NCBI GenBank assembly: GCA_002633005.1
Contig: NMRA01000389.1
Location: 186,001 to 250,000, forward strand
Direction of reading: 5' to 3'
Origin: Phoronis australis
Taxonomy: Eukaryota > Animalia > Phoronida
Length of the DNA: 64,000 nucleotides
The position numbers and the translations under genes are program-made. The first letter of the stretch is position 1, and each line of letters begins with the position of its first letter. Shown here piece by piece: positions 12,701 through 22,612 of this stretch. The notes under the pieces were generated by a model. It saw only the letters and a program-made list of their open reading frames with translations. It made no database searches and was not told where the DNA came from.

Positions 12701-15700
12701 GGGAAGGTCATCTGACCCCTCCGGAGGTTGCATCGTTAGCTGATAGGGCCTCGAGAGGTCGCGACCCCAACATGGTGAGAGCTGCTGCTGAGCTGGCACT
12801 CTCCTGTTTGCCTCATGCTCATGCTCTGAATCCCAACGAGATACAGCGAGCTCTCAACCAGTGTAAAGAGCAAAGCAGAGAGATGCTGGAGCGTGCCTGT
12901 TTGGCTGTGGAGACTGCTGCCAAGGATGGAGGAGTGTATCCTGAGGTTCTCTTCGAGGTTGCCCGTCGCTGGTATGAACTCTATGAAGAGGGACAGCAGA
13001 GTATGGAACACCATGATGGCAACAGTCCAAATGAGCTGGAGGCTGGGGCCCATGCTTTGGTACCTGTTGGCCCGCTGGCTGTTATGGATCAGGATTCTGT
13101 GCATGTGTTTACACAGGTCATGTCTCAACAGCCAACAGCACTACCACCACCACCACCTATGGCTGTTCCTATATCGTACGCCATACCTCCTTTAGCCCAA
13201 CCAGCCTATACTTTTAGCCCTTACGTGCAGCCGATTCCTAATTACAACGGACAGTTCAGTCAACCACACCTACCTATCCCAACCATGTCACCCAACATAC
13301 ATACTTATGTTACCAATTACACCTACCCTAACCATCAGTCATTCCAAGCTCACCCGTTTAACCAGGCACCCATTCAGAATGTCTATTCCAGTGTTCCTCC
13401 ACCAGTCAGAGGACCAGCTCAGCCTCCTTACCATGTGCAGACATTAAACAACCACGGCCTCAATCAACAGCCTGATGTCAATATGCAAGGGGCCATGAGT
13501 AGTAACCAGTCAGTTAATCCACCTTCTGTGACTCAGCCAGGTGTAGTTAGTAACACCCAGCATATGAACTACCTTCACGCAGCCTTCAGAGTGTGCATGC
13601 TCGCCATGGAGATGTTAGGCAGGCGTGTACATGATGACAGACCACAGACCAAGTACGCTCGTAACCCACCTTATGGCGAAGACGTCAAATGGTCGCTGAA
13701 AGTAGCCATGAAGCTGGGTGAGGCACAGCATTGCTACTTTTGTATATTAAGCATTTTGAAAAGTTTTCTCAAATTTTTCTGTCAGTTTCCATCGCAAAGT
13801 AATAAGTTATGTTGTTACATTTTTTCATGGTTGATTTTGTACAATGGATATGATGTTATGTTCACGTTTTTCAAAATATTAGCATGGCAGTGTGACCACA
13901 ACCAAAATTTGTTGCTATCTAAAAAAATGATGTTTTTTTCTGTTAAGCAATCACAGAGTATTCACCTGAAAGAAGTGAAGTTCTGGAGCCCGTTCCAAGA
14001 AAACTGACTTATCTAAGACCAATCTTAAATTTATGTCAATTTTTAAAAAAAATTCAATTTGTTTTAAGTCTGTTCCAAGAAAATCATCGTAAGTTTGACT
14101 AAGTTCTTGACTTCAGTTTTGTCTTAAATGCGACTAACTTTGTGGTTATAGAAGTTTCAAAGTTTGACAGTTAAGGCAAATCTTAGACTTAAATCAAAAA
14201 TGAACATAAGTCAGTTTCTTGGAACGGATCCCTGGTCTATAACTATCTCTCAAGATTTTATGAATTGGCTATCCAAGACATCAAAAAAGCAGTTTGGTGT
14301 TGTGGAACAAAATTTTAAATTTTGTTTTCTTTTGTTTGTACATTACAGGTGCTACATTTTTACAACAGTTTACAGCCAGTGTTGTGAATGCTGTAGTCAG
14401 TCCATTCATATTACAAGATATAGCGCTTGACTCTGCCCATTACCTATCACGTAACAACCCAAGCCAAGTGTCTGCGCTTCTGAGGTCCAATGTTCTCAAC
14501 CCGCTCATCCAGAAATGTCTTCAGATGTAAGTTAGCGAGTATCTCACCGTTGTTGTTTACCTATTCTGGATTAAGTGTGTACTTCTGAATATATGTAAAC
14601 ACAGTGTAAATGTAACGATGTTCACATTCACCGTAACAGAGTATGTATCTATTCATTTCTTTGAGTTAGATGAATTATTCACTGCAAAGTTACTGCACAG
14701 CAGAATGATAACTGGGTCCATGTTTGTTTACCATCTAAGTTTATGAGATCTAACTTTAGTGTTCATTAGGAAGTTACTCTAGCTCATATTCCTCGAATTG
14801 TTTCATTTTTGGATCGTAGGGCCTTCTGACAACAGTCATATTTTTCATGGTAGTGTCGTTGTAGTTAAGGTAATGCTTGTAGGAATGTGTTGTAACAGTA
14901 ACTGAATGGTGTGCATGCTCCCTCTAGATTTTTGGAAGGTGTTTGATCTGGTAAATCATTCGTAAATGGTCTGAAAAGACCCTGTGACACTGAACTTCAT
15001 GCCAAGAATTGTACAGTGACATTTGGCTCACCTTTAAATCCAGCTGCTGTCTGCTGGTTTATGAACCTGCGTTAATTAACTTGTACCCAGCCGAGAATTA
15101 GTGAGAAGCAGAATACTATCTAATGCTGGCCCCAGTGTAGACTGTAGACTGTAGTTAGCCAAGGTAGAGCGATAACATCCGCAACCTGCTGTGTCCAAAG
15201 CATTGTATATTGCCTACAATTGCATGGTGTCTTTTAAGAAAGCGGGCAGATTTCAAGGGACACAAATTGATCGGGTTGCCTAATCTCGACCGGTAAGGTT
15301 GTCAATGCAGGATTTTTTTTGTGTTGTTCTCAGAAGGTTTGTCCTTTCAAACTACAGTTTGTTAAACATTTGTAATAATTTATTTCATAATAAAAAACTA
15401 GAAATGTTTTGGATCAGTTGGCTTCAATCTTTTCTTAAGTTGTCTCTTTTTCTGTACGTGTTAACTGTTGCTTTGTATTATTTGTTGAATTGTTGTAGGT
15501 TTCACCAGTGTGTACACCAAAGGCTTCATCACATTCAACAGTCTGAGTATGACGAGTTCGTCAGTATTGTGTGCAGTGCAAGGAATGCCTTCTGCATCAC
15601 CCCTGGCGGTATGGTCCAGTTCAATGAATTACTACAGTCACTGAGAAGAGCCAAGAGCTGCAAGAAAGACTTATGGATGAGGATAGTCAATGGGTTAGCT

Positions 15701-15718
15701 ACTGGACAACACTCTTGA
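539..15718 (+). CDS. ZSWIM8: Zinc finger SWIM domain-containing protein 8 (cullin-RING ligase substrate receptor), 5'-partial, 13 coding exons
   Basis: Exons 539-740, 1369-2256, 3420-3558, 3955-4130, 7132-7318, 7729-7967, 8419-8678, 9748-9860, 10595-10787, 11781-12136, 12650-13717, 14349-14526, 15499-15718; all GT-AG and phase-compatible. Motifs recognised from ZSWIM8: APPAAAEW..LLRPLRGREPEG.WNLLSIVREMFKR.DSN, MASIDSSAPETTS, PNQPSEASAHFMFELAK, NWLSRTYSSHVSWITGQAMEIG, GGVYPEVLFEVA. Confidence 0.96.
1369..2256 (+). CDS. ZSWIM8: ZSWIM8 coding exon
   Basis: ttccag / GTAAAC; LLVWWF...CDEIVTLWRLAAL...DNRHE. Confidence 0.92.
2284..2567. mobile_element. Degenerate Kolobok-like MITE
   Basis: Ends are imperfect inverted repeats (ctgcatttcgccctatttggctg / cagctaattgggcaaaatacag); shares gagcaaaaggccaaattc with the 42556-42877 element. 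Confidence 0.55.
3420..3558 (+). CDS. ZSWIM8: ZSWIM8 coding exon (not in the ORF track in this frame)
   Basis: tttcag / GTACAT; ILFARAESLHAHGY...EMLANPPDL. Confidence 0.9.
3955..4130 (+). CDS. ZSWIM8: ZSWIM8 coding exon
   Basis: ttttag / GTAGGT; TLAKAAFLCMVL...GLEMPRQPACSKALE. Confidence 0.92.
4342..4620. repeat. Terminal fragment of the Helentron-like family
   Basis: T-run then hairpin gcacccacatatatgcgggtgc, then ggattttcatgaaattggcaggtgtgttgctatgaaca as at 19560-19600. Confidence 0.6.
5265..6659. mobile_element. Non-autonomous Tc1/mariner-superfamily (Tc2/pogo-like) DNA transposon
   Basis: TIR CCGTATTCGCCGTAATAACYGCCCA at both ends, TA on both flanks, subterminal TAAGCGCCC repeats, CpG-rich interior, no transposase ORF. 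Confidence 0.88.
7132..7318 (+). CDS. ZSWIM8: ZSWIM8 coding exon
   Basis: ttacag / GTGAGT; VKLANQECELVTLLKKIPLG...LPLMLASFIFDSL. Confidence 0.92.
7729..7967 (+). CDS. ZSWIM8: ZSWIM8 coding exon
   Basis: gtccag / GTATCT; DEQLGFDAAVAALGLKANVSEAEHALLCEG; an in-frame alternative acceptor at 7738 is also possible. Confidence 0.9.
8419..8678 (+). CDS. ZSWIM8: ZSWIM8 coding exon (not in ORF track)
   Basis: tttcag / GTGTGT; ILDKLLDKEIHSLYK..., open frame, phase 0 to 2. Confidence 0.85.
8800..9600 (+). mobile_element. Decayed CR1/L2-like LINE reverse transcriptase fragment
   Basis: Frameshifted RT motifs in the expected order: GFRNGLST, YLDFRKAFDTVS, VQG..PLLFLTFINDL, ADNTT, WLTSNWL...KT, NSAARIL. 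Confidence 0.8.
9748..9860 (+). CDS. ZSWIM8: ZSWIM8 coding exon (not in ORF track)
   Basis: ttacag / GTAGGT; RDTDSSAMEEE...YKAWEAKFRC...KKHSV, phase 2 to 1. Confidence 0.85.
10595..10787 (+). CDS. ZSWIM8: ZSWIM8 coding exon
   Basis: tttaag / GTGGGT; GMASIDSSAPETTSSDNSPTL. Confidence 0.9.
11781..12136 (+). CDS. ZSWIM8: ZSWIM8 coding exon
   Basis: tttcag / GTAATT; PNQPSEASAHFMFELAK...NWLSRTYSSHVSWIT. Confidence 0.93.
12373..12482. repeat. 55-bp direct tandem duplication
   Basis: gcattgctgactggggaataaaacacaaatactaaactatacatcatgag(t/c)cttt twice, one mismatch. Confidence 0.95.
12650..13717 (+). CDS. ZSWIM8: ZSWIM8 coding exon including a Pro/Gln-rich low-complexity region
   Basis: ttctag / GTGAGG; GQAMEIGSAA...NPPYGEDVKW. 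Confidence 0.93.
13986..14231. mobile_element. PIF/Harbinger-like MITE
   Basis: ccgttccaagaaa(a)ctgacttat inverted at both ends, CTG on both flanks. Confidence 0.75.
14349..14526 (+). CDS. ZSWIM8: ZSWIM8 coding exon
   Basis: ttacag / GTAAGT; VVSPFILQDIAL...LIQKCLQ. Confidence 0.92.
15499..15718 (+). CDS. ZSWIM8: ZSWIM8 last coding exon
   Basis: ttgtag acceptor; FHQCVHQRLHHI...GMVQFNELLQSLRRAKSCKKDLW...TGA. Confidence 0.93.
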
Positions 15719-16005
15719 CTTTATTGGGAAATATAGGTTTATAGTATATGGGGAGCATGCCTCAGGCTTCTTGCTTAAAAATAAAAATTTCTCCTTCATG
15801 GTAGACACTCTTCCTAACTCTTGCTCCGCACAGGTGTTTTTATTAATAGCATGCTTTTCTTATTAATGTAATTCGTTTCTTGTGAATTGCCGTTTGATTC
15901 TTGTAAACTCCAATTCTGTTGTTTCAAAGTCACTTCTTATCTGGGGAACTGCACAGTTGCACCTGTTCAACTTTATGTACTATGTACTTGTTTGACATTA
16001 TGTTC

Positions 16006-16050
16006 TTGATACAATGTACTTGATACAATGTACTTGATACCAAGTACCTA
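16006..16050. repeat. 14-bp tandem repeat in the ZSWIM8 3' region
   Basis: ttgatacaatgtac, about 3 copies. Confidence 0.8.
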
Positions 16051-19000
16051 ATCTATATGTACAATGTAACTGAAAGCATGATGTTTGTGGGAGAAACATT
16101 CCAAGAATTGCAGCATTGACAAAAGAATTTGCAGCACATGGTAAATTATTGGAAAAATATACTATTAATGAGAATGCACCTGTGGTGCTTTATTCAGGAA
16201 TATTGTCTCCCCTGTCCTTGTTGTGTAGGGAGGATGGGAGGCTAATAGTGCTGCTATGATATGAGCCTTTCCGTTGTTTTCCACACTTGAGGGAAAGCTC
16301 ATGTTTCTGGTTTTGTTTCTGCTAAAAGAACATCTCACCTGTCATCTTGTTTAAGTGTTATTTGCTATTTCCCTGACTCTTATTAATTATGTCTGCAACA
16401 ATAGTGAAGTGGTTATCAGCCCAGCAATCAGTTTCCGTGTATCACAAGTTAACTGACAGAACTAGGCTTGCCAAGTTGCCAAGTTTGGGGTGGAACCAGC
16501 AAATAGTAAATCAAGGCTCATTTGCTAATTTGACGAACACTTCATAACTTATCAAAAAGGTTATTTCAGAAACATACTCAAATTTTGACTCCAGTCAGCG
16601 AGTCAAATCTGAGCAGCATGGACAATAGTGTTTTGTTTCCTTAACATAAAATTAGTATCGAGTTGGCCTGTGTAGGTGCCATTTGTTGATCGTTCTCCCC
16701 TGAAGGTTGTGCTGCGTGTAGGGGGTCAGTGCTGTTGATAACATGTCAAATTCTCTCTACTATGAGGTCCGATGTTCATAATTCCTATCTTCTGCAAGTA
16801 CATGAGAATATCAAAATGAAGAATTGCGGACCACTTTTAAGCAGCTGCTGAAAGGAAACTAGGCAAACTGAAATGCGTTTTTGTAAGGTGACTGACCCTT
16901 AGTAGGCTAGTGCTATACACACCAGTTAACGTTATCCAATATTTGCAACACCTAATAAAGAATAGTCCTTTTATTTCAGCATTTGTCTATATTATAATGC
17001 TGTCTATTCACCAGAAAGCACCACTTTCAAGCTTTTCTGTACATATCAAGTATATCGGCAACTCAACACCATGTCATTTATCAAATAGTAGGCTAAAGCT
17101 CAAGCTCCAGTAAACTCTGGTAGAGAAGATTACGAAAGTCCTTGTATGGTTCGTTTGGTCAATTATCACGTATCCGTAATATTCTTTGCCAAACTGTTGC
17201 TGTTTGGATGGCTCCCTGCAAATTATGAGCAAGTCTGCTGTAACTGAAAGTCCGAAGAAAGACGTTTCCTTTAAAGCATGCGCGTACCACCGTTCAGTGA
17301 TTTGTTTATACATCAAAACACCAATATTTTTATTTTATCACTTAAATACAAAGTGACTTAGTCACAATTTGTTACACAGATTGAGATAAAATACGTGTAA
17401 GTAGGCCTGCTATCAACAACTTTTAGTAAGTTGGCCTTTCTACGGATAGGAGACTTGAAGGTGAGTTGGGAGTTTGTCCCTCCCTTTGAACGTGGCCAAA
17501 AACATTACCAACATGAATATTTTGGCATAACAGGAACACATTTCTTTAAAAAATTGTGGTTGTGAAATTCTAGATCTGGTCGTGGTTATTGTTTTATGTT
17601 CTGAAAGCAACAGAACTTTGCCAGACAGAAAATATTTTGGTTTTGCATTCTAAGATGGATTTAGTGTTGCATTTTCTTTTAAAAATCGCAATAACCAAAA
17701 GTGTGATCACTACAGCATTGTATTTCAAGCGTGAGGTAATTGGAAACATAAACAAAGTATTTGGCTGCTAACTTTTCAGTATTAGCCAGTTTGGCTTATA
17801 CATTAAAGAGTTTAGTATGAACCCAGCAGAGATACAATTTTACATGCCAATAGTTTTCACCCTTCTCGCATTAAGTGTTCAGTTGTCTAGTCAAGGACAT
17901 TTGGTGACATTGGATCTGTGCTTATGACGAGGAATTTTATAAAGGTAGTGTCTTCTAAGTTTGTTATTGTGGGATAAAACTACATTTGGTATCCAGTTAG
18001 TTGTCCAAAGTACTCCTAATTTCAAAAGAAGAAATCTTGAATTCTTTAGGCTAGGCTGATCAGTCTGTTGTTAGATTCCTCCTCAACATGGACGGAACTC
18101 TCAAAAAAAGTCTTGATGAGCTTGGTTTGTTGTTGAAATTCAAATCCACTGCGAGGGCTTTCCCAGAGGTTTATCAACGCTGATCATCATCTAGGCTCTG
18201 TTGCCTGTGAGAAATCCAATATGTCCAACTTGCATTTACATATCAGAAGATAAGCTGATTTCGTCTACCATTAGGGCCAAGTTCTTATGTGCAAGTGTGG
18301 CATTGTGTCCTTTGATCAGATGTATCAAATGTCTTGATGCTTGGGATTTTGACGAAAGTTGGAGACCGGTATACATTAGAATGAGTGGTTATAGACGGTC
18401 GGGCCTACACAAAAACATGACGGTCCTAGGAGGAGAATATTTTAATCTTCCTCTGAATGATACCAGTGGTCGAAGACTGCCTTTTGGAGATTCATTCACA
18501 TAAAAAGTGAGTGGTGAATTTTGCCAATTTTTATACCTGAGACCTTAATAGCAACATCGGTGCCCTAACTATAAACTGACTATAGCCTTTTCCCTCGTAT
18601 CTAGTAGTGTGTATGTTTCATGATTCCCTCTTGCATGGGTAGTATGACCCATAGTTCATAAAATTTGCAATTATGGAGCCTGTGTGACCTTAACCCCAAA
18701 CTTATTCTTGGTAATCTGTCACACCCTTTTGAAAATGCGGGAGCTTATAGTGCTGGGTAAGAATTTTAATAACTTTTACATGTGTTCTTTGATGTACATC
18801 TTTTATTTTATAAATTTTTACATTTACTTTTGTTATCGTCAACAGATTTCATTTCATGTTAATCAGTTTCCTGCTTTTTGTTTCTACATTGAGTTCCAAA
18901 GTTTCATTTAGCAAACACAATGACCAATTCACTATTGTGTGGATATGGCCAGTCATTGTGTTTGGAAGTGCAGAAAGATGATTGAGGAACAATTTGTATG

Positions 19001-19448
19001 GCCAAAATAATCACTTCACTGTTTCATACATGATTAACAAGGTCCTGTGAATGGTAGTTGATGAAGCAATGGATTTGTACGTTTTAGTAAAGATAAATTC
19101 AAAAATTTTGGATTTCCAGTTCAAAGCATAGAGTATCTAATGAAGATTTCAGCATCTTATAATTTGACTGTGATTACTGACATTTATTTATTGATAATTA
19201 ATCCACAGTACTTTTAATGTTAATAGTTTGCCTAGTATATGAATCAGAAATGTCACTTTAGTACATTTTTGTGAAATGTTTGTCATTTGCAGTGGAAATA
19301 ACCCCAATCTCCCGTGATTTCCGACAAGTTTAGCTGTCTGTAGGTAATGACACGGTATGTCTGTAGTGAAACAATTTGTGCATTTTAACCCTATAGTCAT
19401 TAATTTCCGATGTCTTAATACTATTTGTCATTGGTTAAAACTCTTTCA

Positions 19449-20542
19449 TTTTTATGCGTCTTCATACATGTATAAATATATATATATGTGTGTGTATGGG
19501 TGCTCTCCTCTTTGTCTGGGCGTCCAGTGTCTGCTGATGTATTGTTTAAACCCCTTGCAGGAACTTAATGAGATTTGGCAGATGTGTTCCTATGAACAGA
19601 TGGCCACAAGTTTCGGACTGATCTGACCACCACTTTACCCCTTGTGCCAATTTTAGTTTTTTTCCATAGATTTTTATGACATTCGGTGGATAGGTTTTCA
19701 TTAAGGAGACGACGACGCCTTCCCTTTTTCATATGGATTCTGCGCCATATAGTGGCCATCTTTGTTATTTGGTGTTCCCTTCTATCTGCCAAACTGAATC
19801 ATTATGGAGTTTGGTAGATGTGTTCCTGCAAGTGTTTGAATGTGGCAACGATTGACAATAACTTTCAGACAGATCCGACTACTGACGTTTCCCCTGATGG
19901 CAATTTAGCTTTTTTTACATTTACTTCTGTATTTTAGAGTTCCTGCTAAAATTTCATGAAACTAGCAAAGAGGCTTCTATTAAGGAGACAACAGCAGACG
20001 TATTTCCTTTTCCGGATGCATTGACGTACTCTGTGCCACTTGGTGGCCATTTTCATTATTTAGAAATCTGTTTTTGGTGTCCACTTCTCTATCTATCGAA
20101 CTGCTTTAAGGATCGTGAAAGGTGGCAGAAGTGTTTGTGCTGAGAAGATCACAACTGACGTTGATTTTTGGGTGGATCTGTCGGTTGTGGCACCCCTTAG
20201 GGGCAATTTTTTGCATCTGCAGCTAGATCTTTTTGGCAACTGTATTCCTATGAAGGTGGCAACATATGGCAGTTTCTTCTGGATGGATTCATCTACCATT
20301 GTGCCTTGTTGTGGCAATGTATTTTTATGTTTGTCTTCGTTTCTTTCGTGTTCCTGGATGGATTTTCATGAAATTTGGCAAATAGGTTTCTCGAGTCGAT
20401 GAGGTCTTCTTGTTCGTGGGGGGTTGACATTTTGTGCACCACTTATTGGCCATTTTTTATGATACTGATGAACATCCCTAAAAGCATACCGTTAATGGTG
20501 CAGATGTGGGCACATTTCAGTGCTTTGCATTGCCGTTGTATT
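19449..20542. mobile_element. Helentron-like non-autonomous element with internal tandem array, both ends present
   Basis: T-run plus hairpin/microsatellite at the left end, repeated tggtggccatttt / ttcatgaaatttgg subunits; right end is the reverse complement of the 37309 terminus. Confidence 0.6.
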
Positions 20543-21474
20543 CGCATTACCTCCCACATATTGGACTAAATACTTGACTGGCTAAAAATGTTGTCAGTAG
20601 AATGAAGGCAATATGTCCTTATTGGCTAACACATATTTTAAATGTTGGTTCTCTTTCTAAAAATGGATAAACCTAGTCAAGTAGTCGTAATTTAAACTGT
20701 TTCGGTATTCAAGTTTCCTTGTAGGTTGTGGGTGCCTCTGCTGATGGTTCAATTAACGACTACTTGCAGGTATAGCACGAAACAGAAATGAGACCCACTC
20801 TGAATTTGTCAACAGTACTGAAGTCGGATATTTTTGAATCTGATGCCTTCAAAAATCCTTGAGTCTCGTTACTAAGAATGAATCACTCAGACAGTTAAAC
20901 TCCCAAGACAAAGGTTTTCAACGATCTTCTTATACAAAGATTGATTTTAACATTTACAAAAAATTTTATTGTAAAACGCATTCTCTCCAATTTTTTAGTA
21001 GCATCTTGATATGCATTTTTACACATCTTTCAGCCTCATTTTCATGAAGGTTTGACCATCGTATTATAGATTTCATGCAATGTTGGCCTGAGGTTTTGCA
21101 CCACTGTTAATTTTGCTAAGATGACTGACTTAAAGTACAGAAAACCTGTTTTGTACGTAACATTTCATACAACCAGGTTCTATATACTTCATTTTGTATT
21201 TTGTGTTGCCATTTTGACTGATTTTTATTTTTCCTCATAAATTCTGCATGATATCTTGGAAATGTAGTAAAGATCTCAGATATTTTGTTGAGTGGGTACG
21301 TAATACCCAGACGTCTAGAAGACAGATGGGAGATGGCTTCTGGCAGTTGATTTGTGACCCGCTTCACTGACCTTCTGGCCTCTCTGTCTTCCAGACGTAT
21401 GAGCGCAGCCTCGTGGTGTCCATTTGAAAGTTTATTGGTTTGACTTAAAAAAGCCGTGAACTTTTTGTACTTAA

Positions 21475-21819
21475 AACGACAATAAACCCGCCTTCCGTCA
21501 CAAAAACAATTTCTGATGCAGACCACTTACCATAATGAAATTAGTCTCAAATTGTTTCTTTGTGAAATTGAAAGTAATTTCAGAGGTTGGAAAAAGATTA
21601 ACGGTTCGTTATTTGTTCAGACTAAGCTCATAAAATTTTAAGTCACGTCGTGACCTAAAATTTCACAAGCTTAGTCTGAAATAATAGCCAGCCGTCAGTT
21701 CTTGTCAAATCCAGAGATCACTTTTTTGTCAGTAAGGAAAAATCTGAGGCCGATTTTGTTACAGTAAGTGATCTATATCAAAACTTGTTTGTAACAGAAA
21801 TTTTTGGTTTAATGCCGCT
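21475..21819. mobile_element. Fold-back (fully palindromic) MITE with TTAA flanks, Kolobok-like
   Basis: About 173-bp imperfect arms centred on 21648 (gtcacg-t-cgtgac); TTAA at 21471-21474 and 21820-21823. Confidence 0.75.
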
Positions 21820-22260
21820 TTAAATGAACTCTGAGTATTGCTGTGTGTATTTTCCCCGACTGGGTGGGACGGTTAGTGTCATGTCTACCGTAATCTGAGG
21901 AAACAGTCAAGTGGAGTATTGGTCTATCCTGTAGATTGTTTCTTGTCTTGATGCCGTCATGATGTTCCAGAGGATATTTTAATCATTTTTTGTGAGTCAC
22001 ATCCATTCCGTGACTTACTCCTTTTAAAATACTGTCATGCCATTGTGTAATGTTTGTTTTCTAACATGTAGTACACTTGTTTTATACATTTCCTGATTTT
22101 GTGAAGAATTGCTGGCAGGAATTCAGCAACAGTGTTTCCTGAGCAGCGCCTCCTGTAATGTATGCTATGGAGTAACCTATTGACCTATGACACACACAGT
22201 TGACCTGTGAACACTTAGAGAACCAGGATGTGTTGAGTGTGGATCTAGAATGAAGATTGG

Positions 22261-22612
22261 GGCCCGGTGTTCAATCTCCAAACTCAAATTATTTTTGACA
22301 TTTCCCATTCTACTTTAACACCAACTCTCAATATAAATGTCCATTATTTTATGCTCGACTATATTATGGTTTTAGTCCAAGTTTGCACTTGGTGACCCCT
22401 AGGTTCGAGCTACAACCTTGAGTCTGTTTGGGCTCCAACTCGTACGTGGCTTCAATGTGGGAGTCGTTAAGTGAAAACTTGGATTAGACAGACATCTCTG
22501 TAAACCATACTCGAGCACTGAATTATGGACAGTTATCTTGAGATTATACAAAAGTATACTGAAAATGTCAATAATAGTTTCAATTCTGAGTTCAAAAATT
22601 AGACCCTGGGCC
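22261..22612. mobile_element. Diverged relative of the 55978-56387 MITE
   Basis: ggcccgg...ctgggcc-cag ends; shares tactcgagca..gaat.at.gaca.ttatcttgag with that copy. Confidence 0.65.

Noticed and set aside
13718-14007. C-terminal extension of the 479-aa ORF
   Set aside because: Read-through into the intron past the GTGAGG donor; homology resumes at 14349
17000-18600. Hints of a decayed DIRS-like RT on the minus strand (LDD, KGSLRPL)
   Set aside because: Motifs are too short and scattered across frames to support without a profile search
21386-21393. miR-7 8mer site (GTCTTCCA); also miR-1 (16096) and miR-8/200 (about 17777) seeds downstream of ZSWIM8
   Set aside because: No extended 3' pairing as needed for a TDMD trigger; several seed matches are expected by chance in 8 kb
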